From positions 1,179,876 to 1,243,875 of the forward strand of contig CAJINV010000006.1 in NCBI GenBank assembly GCA_905178155.1: a stretch of 64,000 nucleotides of DNA, in the 5' to 3' direction. A program made the translations under genes and the position numbers. Positions 50,193 to 62,376 of the stretch are shown here, piece after piece. The notes below the pieces were generated by a model. It was not told the origin of the DNA. It saw nothing but the letters and a program-made list of their open reading frames with translations, and did not search any database. This DNA comes from Amoebophrya sp. A120 (lineage: Eukaryota; Protista; Dinoflagellata). How positions within the stretch are numbered: position 1 is the first letter of the stretch; each line of letters starts with the position of its first letter.

Positions 50193-53100
50193 GTGTGCTT
50201 TGATTGTGACTCAACGGAAGGGCGCCGCAAGCGCAATTTCTTCCTTGGGATAATTTCAAAACTGCAGCAGGAGCCGTCGCCGCCGCCGCCGCCGGTGGAT
50301 TTATTATCGCCGTGAAAAAAGCCATCCTCCCCGCCCTGCCCTAAGATAAAACAGAATACGTAACTTGTGCTGCGTCTTTTGTATGCCACAAGAAATCATC
50401 TTGTCGCGGCACAATGGAGGACTTCTGCAGTCGCATTGGGCTGCTTGGCAGTGAGTCTGACCTGTTAGTGGCCGTGGTAAGTAGTCTGCCCTTTGTCCTA
50501 CCTACAAAATGGTGGAGATTCATACTTACACCGATAATTGCCTTCTAGAGCGCATAAGCGTCCAGGGGCTGCACCTGCAGCTCAGCTTGTTTTTTCGTTT
50601 TATAGAAGAAGAGGATATAATATGCGGCATGAATTGATTTTGTTTTTGATGGTGTCGGACACAGAGTAACTACTACAGATGAAGACTTTGGTGCTCACTA
50701 CCAGTTTCTCGACGATGAGTACGCCATGCCCATGCTGAAGATGACAAGTACAAGGTATAATTGACTAGTCGATGTGTGCATTTTTGGCATGGTGCCGTAC
50801 GTGAAAAGGACGACCCCGCGTTGAATGATGTATGACATCAGCAAGTGGAAGTGCTAGATGTACCAGGAAGAGTAGAAGATGTGCAAGGAGTTGGAGAAAA
50901 AGAACAAGTCAAGCCTAGAGTTACTTTCTTGTACACGACCTCCCCTCCCCCTTGCGGTACATTAGGGAGAGGCAGGGCACACACACAGGGTTTCCTCATT
51001 TAGGTACTTCTCTCGGGGGACGATCATGAAAAAAGTCATCATGACAAAAAGGGGGGATGGGAACGATTTTTGGCGGGATAGAAGGCGCCGTTCTTTTTGG
51101 TGGACGTTAAGCAGGCTGTTGAAGACGCGTATGGAGACGCAAGTAACTTCGCTATGAAACTGACCGACGATGGAAAAGGTGAGGAGTTCGTCTGGTCGTG
51201 TCCGAGTTTGACGTTGCAAAAGCTGCCAAACCTGTGGAAATTTCTCAACCAGGAGGATACCAAGAAGGTTTTTGAGTTTCTTGTAATGCTGACGCCCAGC
51301 GCGAGTCCGACATCGTGGCAGTTGGAGTGGGCTTTTGGAATTGGCAAAGGAAGGACGATGCAGCTTGAAGTTGACTCTACGGCTGACACTATTGCGCACG
51401 CGGTAAAAAACTCAAAACCCTCGTCGGCGGAAGGTGGTGGAGATGCTTCTCCAGTCGACGTTGAGAGCAAGTTTCTCAGCCACGCAATCGACGTTGCCAC
51501 CGCAGCGGCGGAGACCGTCCGCCGCACGCGCACCAGCTTCAAAGAAGGTGTCCCGCTTGAGAAACTGACTGCAGCAGAGTATCTTGCCCACCCGGTTGAC
51601 GAGGAGACTCAGCAAGAAATACAAGACTTGGTCTCCAGTGCCGATGGCGAAGCGACAACACCCAAAAAGCCATACCCGCAGGTCCTCTGGTTGGTGGCTG
51701 TAGTGAAGCAGGCGGCAGAAACTCTGCTCAAAGACGACTTGGTGGAAATGGTCCCTGAGCATGTGCATGATTGCCCTTCACCATTGCCAGCGAATATTGA
51801 CGCGCTTTTTACGGAATCTGTCTGGTGGCCCTTATCGCGGCATTTGTCGGAATATGCGATCGCGACATTAGGGCCCATCCGAACAAAGCATGGAGAGATA
51901 AATATCCGCTTCTCGCAATACCTTGAGAACCTCGGCCAGGAGGAGCTGGACAAGTTCCTTACCGGGCTCGACGGTATTCTTTCACAACTAGCGCAATGCA
52001 TTGCCGCTATTCTACAAATCTAAATCTATACCTATTTGTATTTCATCTTGGCGGGGAGAACATAAAGAGCTTCGTCACTTCCACGCGTTTATGGCATTCT
52101 CAAACGTAGTTATATACTCAGCTGTTGTGTGAATTAGAATTTGTCATGCAATATATAGCAAAATAAAGTGAAGAAGGGGGGAAGATGCCGCGCGTTCGAT
52201 ATTACAAATTCGAAGATTGCGGCGCGTTTTGTATTACAAATTTGGAGAGGTTTTTCATGCTGCCAAGCGCTTCGGGAATTTGTCATGCGGGGTAGCTTGA
52301 TAGTGTGGGGGCGGAATGTGATTATACTGATAGCTGCGAACTCGCATGGCAAATTCATGTAGCAGCTGAGAATGTATAATTTGAGAACCCCATAGCCATA
52401 GCGCTGATCACGCGTTGACGTTTTCCACACGGGGAAGCGGTTCGGCTGCTCGTTCGCTCCCTCCAGATATGCAAACCCGTTTGCGTGCAGATATCCGAAA
52501 TGCTTTTATGCTTATTTACGCGGAAATCTCGTCCTGCGGCATTGCATCAAGTGGTCCTCTTCAGCCTCATTTTCCGCACTTTGGTTCGAATTCTCGTTGC
52601 TGTTGCTGCAGTCCGCAGCCCTACAACAGCGAGGGCGGCAGTATTATTAGCTTGGGCTGCGCCAGCACCACGTCGCAACACAGATCGCAAAGGCGCCAGT
52701 GTAGTGCTGACGCATGAAAAAGAAGAGCGCGAGTACGCCCTTCACGTTCAGAGGGCTTGACGGATCCTAGATTTTCGGATTGGCTGGGTAGATTCTTGGG
52801 TGGGGACATTTGTGTTCAGTTTAGGTGGCTAACTCTGCTTCGCCCTTCTCGCGGGTAGGAACAGCAGGACGAGCAACGAGGCTTCCCCGCACGATGATCA
52901 AGGCGGGGAAGGAGATTTTTAGCCAGTCTAGAAAAAAGCCTGATTTAGAATTTGCTCTTCCACCACGCAGTCGCGTCTTTCTAGGAGTAGAGGCTGGAGA
53001 ACAAGAGCAACCCCAACCTTCAGGAGCAGTGCAAAAGGGTGAGGATTCGGGCCATCATCAAGAAACGAAGTTTGCAAAAATTGAAAATGAAATTGCGTAT

Positions 53101-55285
53101 TTTGCATTGAGTACATTTTTCACAGGACCAGAGGGAGGACTCGGAAGCGCAACGCCACCATCCCCCGAAGGCGCCCCGGGCCCCGGCGCGAAGCTATCAC
53201 CATGAAAAAAGTCGCCCTCTGCTGCTTCATGATAGCACAACCAAAAGGAAAATGCCTCCCTCCCGCGTGAAAGTTACTTGCCCGTGTTGCCCCAAGACTG
53301 GCCGATCCCCCTATACTAGGCCGCAGGAGGCTGCAGGCGTACTCCTGTCCTAGGTGCCAGGACGGGGGCAGCCGTGATGGCGGGTGGACATGTAATGGGC
53401 AAAGTGCCTACGGAAGCGCGACGGCAGGCCGCCCTGCCGGTCTTCAGAGCCCATGCGCCTTTATTTGCAGCTTGGCCTGCTAGTATGAATGGTTGCAGAG
53501 CAGGGCGCAGCCATCGTGCAGTGGCGCCACTTTCGCTTTAAGTTCAATATATGCTGTAGGACACGAGCGTGCGCGCGCCACTGCGCAAGGTAATCTCCCT
53601 GTCGTGCAGGTTGTCCTTTAAGTTCAATATATGCTGACGGGAATAGGGTCACGCACTGGGGGACTCTGGAGTGCGTAGTGGTAGTTCCCGACCGACGACG
53701 CAAATGATAGGGAAATAAGTACGACAACAAGAACAACTCCCGGAAACGGCTCCCCGCCCTTTTTGTTTTCTTCTCTTCCCCATTTGGGAGCCTAAGAAGC
53801 CGACTGACAAAACAAAGCTGCCAAAAAATAACTAGGAGGACCAAAGCCAAGCGCAAGAAGCTGTAGAAGTCGAAGGCCTCCGCTACGAACCCTCGCTCTT
53901 CGCTCAGTATCTTCATGCTTGCGAAAGTCGTTGCCGCGCCACCGCCGGCACAGACCGGGCACGACTACATGTACCTCTAGCCCGAGTTACAAACGTCGCT
54001 CAGAGCCGCGATCATATTGAGGGAGAAGCGCTGGTTGATGAGAAAAAAAAATTGCTTACTACATGAAAGATACCCACAGGAGTCGCCGTTTGGCATAATT
54101 TGTGAACCGCACACCAAACCTACATCCACAGGAACGCCAGCGGCAGCCGCGCCGGCAGCGAACAAGGCCGCAGCACCTCTTGGTGGTGGTGGCACCAAAC
54201 CTACATCCACAGGAACGCCAGCGGCAGCCGCGCCGGCAGCGAACAAGGCCGCAGCACCTCTTGGTGGTGGTGGCACCAAACCTACATCCACAGGAACGCC
54301 AGCGGCAGCCGCGCCGGCAGCGAACAAGGCCGCAGCACCTCTTGGTGGTGGTGGCACCAAACCTACATCCACAGGAACGCCAGCGGCAGCCGCGCCGGCA
54401 GCGAACAAGGCCGCAGCACCTCTTGGTGGTGGTGGTGGTGGTGGTGGTGGTGGTGGTGGTGGTGGTGGTGGTGGTGGTGGTGGTGGTGGTGGTGGTGGTG
54501 GTGGTGGTGGTGGTGGTGGTGGTGGTGGTGGTGGTGGTGGTGGTGGTGGTGGTGGTGGTGGTGGTGGTGGTGGTGGTGGTGGTGGTGGTGGTGGTGGTGG
54601 TGGTGGTGGTGGTGGTGGTGGTGGTGGTGGTGGTGGTGGTGGTGGTGGTGGTGGTGGTGGTGGTGGTGGTGGTGGTGGTGGTGGTGGTGGACCAGCGCCG
54701 GGAGCGGTCTCGGCCACTACGCCGCAGCGCCCGGGGGGACAGCAGGCACGACTACTGCCGCCGGCGATGGCGCAGCCCGCGGGGGGAGGAGCCGCCGCCC
54801 CCCGGCCCCAGACAATCCTGGGCCAACCGGCCCAGCAGCAGGCGGCCCGGCCAATGGAGGAGAGGCCGCAGGCGTTTGCCCCCGTACCGAAAAGCGCGCC
54901 CGGGAACGCGGGTTGTTGCGGAGCATTTCTTGAGAAGCGGCGGGGCGATTCCCCGAAGCGCAAGCCCCCGCTTTTGATCGCTATCCTGGAGCAGAAAAGC
55001 ACACTCCCACAAATAAGACAGCGCGCTTGCATCGTTCTTTGCAGTCGTATCAGCAGAGACCACCCGCGGCGAGGCCAGGGGCCATTTTCTGGCATGCAGA
55101 GCGCAGCCCCCCAGGCCGCGGGCCAACGGCTTTCACCTCGAATAAGGGTGTCGCGCACATTGTCTGCGCTGCCGCTGCCGAGCAGGCAAATCAACAACAT
55201 ATGGCCTGCAGCCTCAAAACAAATTGCGACTTCGCGACATCCAGGGCGCTGCGGGAGTTTGCTTTTCTGTGGCATAATCGCGTGA
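50193..55285 (+). CDS. Single-module paralog of the modular protein (module-3 type), with an expanded poly-Gly tail
   Basis: Domain exon ~51086-51973 is open and homologous to 20689-21597. Upstream exon and terminal exon are shared with copy 1. Splicing across 53195-54130 is uncertain. Confidence 0.55.
52090..52394. mobile_element. TIR element, family A, at a deletion edge
   Basis: TATGGCATTCTCAAACG...TTGAGAACCCCATA. The right boundary may extend to 52400. Confidence 0.8.
54112..54435 (+). repeat. 81-bp tandem repeat, four copies
   Basis: Units start at 54112, 54193, 54274 and 54355. Each contains CATCCACAG. Confidence 0.97.
54425..54690 (+). repeat. (GGT)~88 microsatellite
   Basis: Pure 266-bp run. 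Confidence 0.95.
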
Positions 55286-56253
55286 GAATGGCGAGGGGCG
55301 GCGTTTTTAAGTCATAGGGCCAGCAGGAGGCGTATGTGTATTCATTGCAAAGGCCTGCGCGTGCTCTCAGCAAGTAGCTGCGCGTAGATATACAAACCTG
55401 CCCCGGGCGAAGAATGCAAGGTCTATACGCTGAGCTGACGCAGGTCAGACATGAAATTTGCCATGTGCAAGTAGCGCGTGGCCCGGGTTCTGCAGTTACC
55501 AGAAGCACGAAGTAGGCCCTATTGCACAGGATAAGGAACTGGCCCGGCAGTCGGCTCGCCTTCTTCATTGCCAGCAGGAGCAGAAGACGTCGGGTGCGTA
55601 GATGGTTTACTGTCGATTTTTCGATCTTGTTTTTTTTTTCCATTTCGAGCGCATTTTTGAACCTTACGCATGAGAACGCGCTCTAGTGATTTCGCATAAA
55701 CTCTCTGCGCCACTTCTGCTTGATGTTAGTTTATTTTTTACGATGTGAGTGCTCACACACTTGTTGTTACTCTTACTACACTTTCTGTGCGGGCGGTTTT
55801 TTCAACAACATACACGCAAATCGAGGAGCGACCCATGCTGTTCGCTTGCTCCAGCGAAGGTTAAGTATTTTTTGTTTATTGCGCAGTCCCAATCGTGTTT
55901 GTTTTGGGAAGCAAGTGCGCGCACTCATTTTTTTGAAGCGCAATTTTTGGCACAGCTTGGGCATTTTGCGGTAAGGGCCTCTGTCTGTTTGTACCTACAG
56001 AGAGCTCCGCCCGCGGCGTGTCAGGCTTGTGCGTCGGGGTTGAAGAAGTTTTTCTCGTTTTCGCTCCGGATCATTCCCCACTGCGCCAACGTGTTAGTGC
56101 GGTGGGTTTGTTTACTCTTTTTTCCCTTCGATAAAAATAGCGGACGCGCTGCACCACCTAGTAGAAGTTTGTTTTTCAAATATGATTATGATATAAACTT
56201 TGTTGTTTGTTTCTCACATTTAATGTGTCACACTCACAAGGTAGCATAGTATG

Positions 56254-56515
56254 TATCAAATGTAAAAGTGTCTGGGTCTGGAAGAATGCCACTTGTCATG
56301 CTGATTTTGGATTCTAAAAAAATCTGTATTGCATGAGCAGCAAAGAGAGTCCAAGTTTTGCTACACGGAAAGAGCATTTGTCATGCGGGAGAGGCATCAG
56401 AAAGCCCGCTAAAAATCTGTGATGCCAGGTTATGCATTACAGACGTCATATGTCATGTAAAATCTGCATGACAAGTCTGGCAGTCTTCCAGACCCAGACA
56501 CTTTTACATTTGATA
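56254..56515. mobile_element. TIR element, family C
   Basis: Near-perfect ~32-bp TIR, TSD GTATG, absent at ~28,562. Confidence 0.93.
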
Positions 56516-58357
56516 GTATGCCGATCGCTACAATATTTGGGTCTTGAATGATGCAAGGTTTGCGGTGCTCGCTTGACAAAATGAAGGAAAATGCCCAATC
56601 CTGTCGTGCTCATTACCAGGCAGCCGCCTCTATTTGTCATGTAGTGACGCAATTTGCCCTGGGGCTCCTCATCATGGAGGGCGTAGCTGTAGTGCAAAAA
56701 ATTTTCATGCGAAGAATGGCTACTTGTCATCCACAACTTAGCATCACAATTTTCCAGACCCAAACATATTTCCAGCGCATAGCACATTTTCCCAACATGA
56801 TGTCGCTGACGCTTTATTGATGCCTTTCAACATAATTCGAGCCGCATTACCAAACAGAAAGTCGAAAAAAGCTACTAGCACATAAAGTTTGTAATGCAAA
56901 AGAAGGTACGCAATAGTTGTTGCGACGTCGCGCAGCGATATGCACAGCGTACTGTTTGGTGCATGCAAGACGGACTATCTATTCTTGCAACACAAACATG
57001 CCACATGGCAACGCGCTCGTTTATTTTTGCTGTGGGATGCGCCGAACAGTAGCAAACGAGTGGTCAAGAACATATCGTGAAGGAACATTTTTTCACTCCG
57101 CAGTGAAGTAGAAGAGGGGAAATATGCTAGACGAATCGACCAACGGTGGGCGTCAGGCATGAAAGACTATTTATTTTGGCGGGCCGTAAAGTAGTAGTAC
57201 TGATCAGTAGAACCGCAAGAAGTATTTGTTTGTTTCGTGCAGCGACGCAGAGTTGCAAAACTAAAAACTGACCGCCGCCAAGATCTACCAGGCTTGTTTC
57301 TGAAGTAGTTGGGTCGCAAATTTATATGAAGGAATAGAGGCGCGTCGCAAGATGAAACTGTTCTCAGGTTTGTTCTTGTTAACATTCTCATTCATTGATT
57401 GGCTCTGTGCTTCTCCTTGTGAAGTAGGTTGTATCTCGATTATTCACCTCTCGGTCTTCTAGTACTTACAACACAGTACCTTACGGCTTTCATCATCATC
57501 TCCCCGACGGCAGGTAATTGTACTGGTGACAAGTAAGGACTCTCGGCTGACCATCTTTCATCGTGGTTGATGGCACTGAAAGTAGCTGCACAATGTAAGT
57601 ACGAGCGCTGCAGCTGCCTACTTTCCATGGCGGCACTTCGGTCCTAGCATTTAGCGCTGGTAGTTCATCATCATCTAGAAGTTGCGCTTTCTGGTCGACG
57701 TGTCTTTATCATGATGAACTCCAGTACGTACAAGTAGAAGTACAGCTCGGTCCGGTGGATAGTTAACCTTGAAAACATCCTCGTGAAGCGTCGACGAAAA
57801 TGAATAATCCTAATCGGTAGGTTTGTCGTCTAAAGAAAAAACTCCCCCCTCCGACTCTTCGGTGCGTCGCTCTTGCTTGTTTCTTCGGTGTAGATACGAG
57901 AGCCAGAAAAACTCGGTTCGTTCGCGGGCCACAGCTGGAGGTTCGTTGCGATGTAAAAAGCGAAAGTGTAGTAATTCTCACTCTGAATTTCGTATACGAT
58001 TTGAAGACTTCGTGGAGCGTTTTATGCACTGGATTTTACGATTAATGTTTACGGTTGTGGTGCTGTAGTCCTTGTTCGTGTAACAAAAGAAAATGGCCTT
58101 CCGTTCGTGGAACAAACGGAAGATCAATTTGTTTATTTCGATTTCCCACACCGACACTACAGAGTCGTAACTGACCCCCACCAGCTACCACTTTTCTTTC
58201 ATCTCTGCTTGAAGTTGAATATTTCTTGAAAAACAAAATTTGCGTTGCTCTTAAAAATCGTTTCGCAAGGTGTTGCTTCTATTTCTATTTCCATTTCACC
58301 ACATTTCGATTTCCCCCTCCGCGTGGTGTTGTAGTTGTTTTGCTTGACGTAGTTCTT

Positions 58358-58625
58358 TATCAAATGTAAAAATGTCTGGGTCTGGCTCTGGAAGGTTGCA
58401 ACTTGTGATGCTAACGCTACACTCTAAAAAAGTCTGTATTGCATGACCAGCAAGAGAGGTCTCGTTTCCGCTACGCGGGGAGGGCATTTGTTATGCGGAG
58501 TAGGCATCAGGAAGCCCTCTAAAAATCTGTGATGCTAGGTCGTGCATTACAGACATCCTGGGCCATGCAAAATATGCATGACAAGTCTCAGAATCTTCCA
58601 GACCCAGACATTTTTGCACTTGATA
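58358..58625. mobile_element. TIR element, family C
   Basis: TSD TTCTT, empty site at ~30,358. Confidence 0.93.
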
Positions 58626-58789
58626 TTCTTGCCCTTGACGTATACAAATTCAACTTGTGAGCAAAAATCTTGCACTGCAAAAACCATCCTGGCGGGTAAC
58701 GAAAACGAAAACGAGGAGACAGTGCGCAAGGACGAGAAAATTATAAAACTGCAACTACGCCAACGCCGGGAGCGGTTTGGCAATCAACA

Positions 58790-59061
58790 TATCAAATGCA
58801 AATTTGTCTGGGTCTGGAATGTTGCTGGGTTTGTCATGCATATTTTGCATGACCCAGCAGGATGTCCTCTGTAATGCATGACCTAGCATCACAGATTTTT
58901 ACAGGGCTTCCTGATGCCTAATCCGCATGACAAATGCCCTCCCCGCGTAGCACAAACTAGACTCCTCTTGCTGATCATGCATATACAGATTTCTTTAGAG
59001 TCCTCCAGAGTTGGCATTACAAGCTCCAACCTTCCAGACACGGACACTTTTGCATTCGATA
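58790..59061. mobile_element. TIR element, family C, 6-bp TSD
   Basis: TSD TCAACA, empty site at ~30,525. Confidence 0.92.
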
Positions 59062-59112
59062 TCAACAGCACACGATACAACTAGAGGCTTTTCATCGTCG
59101 GCAGAAGTAGAG

Positions 59113-59374
59113 TATCAAATGTAAAAATGTCTGGGTCTGGAAGAATGCAACTTGTGATGCTGCATTTCGATTCCAAAAAAATCTGTATTGCATGAGTACC
59201 AAAGGGAATGCAATTTTTCCTACGCTGAGGAGGCATTTGTCATGCGGAATAGGCATCAAGAAGCCCTCAAGAAATCTGTATTGCTAGGGTATGCATCACA
59301 GACATTATGGCTCACGCAAAACGTGCATGACAAGTGTCAGAATCTTCCAGACCCAGACATTTTTACATTTGATA
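59113..59374. mobile_element. TIR element, family C
   Basis: TSD TAGAG, empty site at ~30,568. Confidence 0.93.
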
Positions 59375-59418
59375 TAGAGCTGGAGCTGCTGCGAAGGAAC
59401 AACGAAGGAAACATCTTC

Positions 59419-59725
59419 TATGGAAGCGTCAGGATTGAAATCGTCAGAGTTGAAATTGTTTGTGATGCATAAAATGCATGACCCGAGGTACGTGCGTTGC
59501 AGAGCAGGCAAGTGAGGCCGATTGTAAGCCTGTTTGGGGCTAGAGCTCGAGCAGCTAAAGCAGCATGAGAAAATCGGTCTTCTTTGCCTAAACAGCATGA
59601 CAAACTGGATTTAGGGAGCGCCAAAATTTGTCATGCTCCGCTTGGAAACTGGGCTCCAACTGGCATCCATTTTTTGCATGACAAATCATTTCAACTTTGT
59701 CGATTTCAAACCTGACGCTTCCATA
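59419..59725. mobile_element. TIR element, family B
   Basis: TSD TCTTC, empty site at ~30,607. Interior is the reverse complement of 146-452. Confidence 0.93.
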
Positions 59726-60476
59726 TCTTCCAAGCGACGTTTGTTCCACCTTCTGGCAAAGAACAATTAACCGACAACAACAACAACAACAAGGGTGTTT
59801 CTACTGACACCTACTCGCCACGATCACTATCAACTGCAAAAGTGTCTGGGTCTGGACGATTGCCAGGTTTGTCATGCATATTTTGCACGACCACCCATGA
59901 CGCCAGTGGTGCGTGACTTAGCATCACAGATTTTTGGAAGGCTTCCTGATGCCTATTCTACATGACAAATGCCGTCTCCGCGTAGCACAATCTGAGCTCC
60001 TCTTGCTGCTCATGCAATGCAGATTTTTTCAGAATCCAAAAACAGCATGACAAGTTTGGATCCTTCCAGACGACCCAGACATATTTGCAATGCATAATCA
60101 CAAACGGCTAGCAAAATGTGGGCTCGTCGTTCAGAACCAGACCACAGTCGTGCACACTGGCAAGGGGCCAGAAAGCTTGCCGCAATCACGGTATAACTTC
60201 TGTGGCATAAGATGTTGCAAAAGCGCGGTCTTATTTTATTTACAACATTGCTTGCTCGTGCTTGACATGCGGTAAAACCTTTGAGTTTGATAGTCACAGC
60301 ATCACAAAATTTCATGCCGCGTCATGATTTCATCTCGGTCGTTCATGTACATACTTCTAGCGCCGCAGAACGTGAACAACAGGAGGACAAAAAAAGCATT
60401 AAAGAGCTTGTTTGTAGTTTACATGTCTGTAGTGGCGTCAACATGATCTATTTCGTCCAACAACATTCAACTACCA

Positions 60477-60682
60477 TATCCAAGAAAAAAACTGTGTTAG
60501 TGTACTTAACTTTCTTTGGCTGACAGCATCACAAATTTGCTCTGCATGACAGAGAAAACCTGTCATGCGTGGCTTTTAAGGGAAAATACAAATGAAAAAA
60601 GGACTTCATGGCTGTGTGGCATGACAGGTGTAACTCTGTTGCATGTTTTGCATTACAGAGTGCACAGTTTTCTTCTTGCATA
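60477..60682. mobile_element. TIR element
   Basis: TSD TACCA, empty site at ~31,561. Confidence 0.9.
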
Positions 60683-62376
60683 TACCAGGCCCGCCATCTA
60701 GCGGTGCTGCAACTCGGCGAAGTGTTTGTTCTACACAATCAACACGACGCGCCGCATCATTTCTGTGCCGCCACGAAAACAACCACTTCTGGTGCGGCTT
60801 TGGCGGCAGAGGACAAAAATGACGCGGTGGAGGACAACGATGGGGCTACTTCCACCTCGACCACCAGCTTCCTGGAAGGGCAAGAAGCGGGAAAAAAAGC
60901 AGCCGTCATCATCGACGATCCTGAAGACGGTATCCTGGGTAAAAACGCCCCCAGTTCCGCTTCCCCGTAGTCAAGACGGAGATTTTGCTAGACAAATCCG
61001 CAAGGTTTATTCGTTGCCAGGCATGAAAAAGAAAAATTTGTCGTGTAGTAGAAGTAGTACCCGCCGGCCCAAGAATCGTGGTTTGGGGCCTTAGCCGCAC
61101 CAGGAAGCCGCTTGCTTCAGTATCTGATTTCAAGCATGACAAACCCGAAAGAATGTGATGAGATGAAATAAATGCCTCTCAAACTCAATGTGGAGATTCG
61201 CATGAGAAGTACTGTCCTGAGCAGGCAAGTTTGCATGGCAAATCTTCGGTGGGGAAGTTCTTTTTGTACAGGATAGACGACGAAGAGGATTTTTCGTCCG
61301 ACGATCACGACGCGGATATGCTCTGGCAAAAGACTGATCATACCATCACCCGCAATTATTTGATGTGGTAATGTAGGATAGGAATAGCTAGACGTAGACA
61401 AAGTCGCTATCTACATCGAAATACAAGATTTCATGTACTTTTCTGCATGTAGTTTTTCGTTTGAATGACAAAAGGGGAGTTGTAGTTGTCCTAAACTGAC
61501 GGTGATGGTGATCATCATGTTTTCCCTAGCGATAGCGGAGGTGGCTGCCTTCGTCGCCTGGCACTTTCGGAGTGGAGGGGGCGTTGTATGAGAGTGCACA
61601 ATTCCCCCTCTCCCTCATTTGAAGGGCATGAGCAGCAACACAAACACCGGATGGCGATGAAATGTGACTCCCGCATTACAAATTGAAATCTGCTCGCCCT
61701 TATTTGAAGGGCATGAGCAGCAACACAAACACTGGATGACGATGAAATGTGACTCCCGCATTACAAACTGAGATTCCCCGCATACGGAGTGCAGTACTTC
61801 TGATTTTTGAGGTTCGAAGATCTGTCACTCAGAGAGAGCCGGCACGACGAAGACATTTTCTTGTGGGTATTTTGCATCACAAATGACGACAAGGGGGAGG
61901 AATTTTGCACTCTCATAAGGCACGAATCAAATTCATCAAGCCGGCCGTGCAGGAAATTTTGGCGGGAGTACGAAGAAGCATCTGCAGGGAAAGAAGAAGC
62001 AGGACAAAATCGACGTTTTATCCTGTGTGAAAACCACCACATCCCCAAATCTTCTTCATCACTTGTCATGCAAAATAGCAAAAATTTGGCACAACGTCAC
62101 TGTGCATGGCAGTTTTCAACTCCGAAGGCCCAAAGAACAGTATGTACAGCATTTTTGTTCCGATCTTAGGTCCAGTTCGTCTTTCGGAAAGTACAGTAAT
62201 TGTTGAGCTTGTTTCCACCATTGTCGGTTGTATTAAGGTTGACACCGCTCAAGTGGTGCTGAAAGTAGAGGGGGAGTGGTTGTTCACCAGCATACCATTC
62301 TCTCGGAGGTGAGAACGACCAGATCGGAAGCCCTCGTGCGGCCGCTGCGGATGTTGGTCGCGAAGGCGGGGCTTTT

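Larger units (their letters stand above)
36390..62197 (+). repeat. Segmental duplication, copy 2 (shorter because of several deletions)
   Basis: Same block order as copy 1. Lacks copy-1 intervals ~2.6-3.65 kb, ~15.5-20.6 kb, ~21.7-22.6 kb and ~23.73-26.15 kb. Confidence 0.95.

Noticed and set aside
53977-55275. Minus-strand poly-Pro ORFs (also 26577-27587) as formin/extensin, and plus-strand poly-Val ORFs
   Set aside because: These are shadow frames of the GGT repeat. The plus-strand Gly frame has the acceptor and phase continuity, and no FH2 domain is visible.
146-60682. Nucleosome-quantised element lengths
   Set aside because: Lengths run fairly continuously from ~160 to ~330 bp in this small sample.
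61617-61770. ~80-bp tandem duplication inside an element in copy 2
   Set aside because: Real, but an ordinary local duplication with no further signal.
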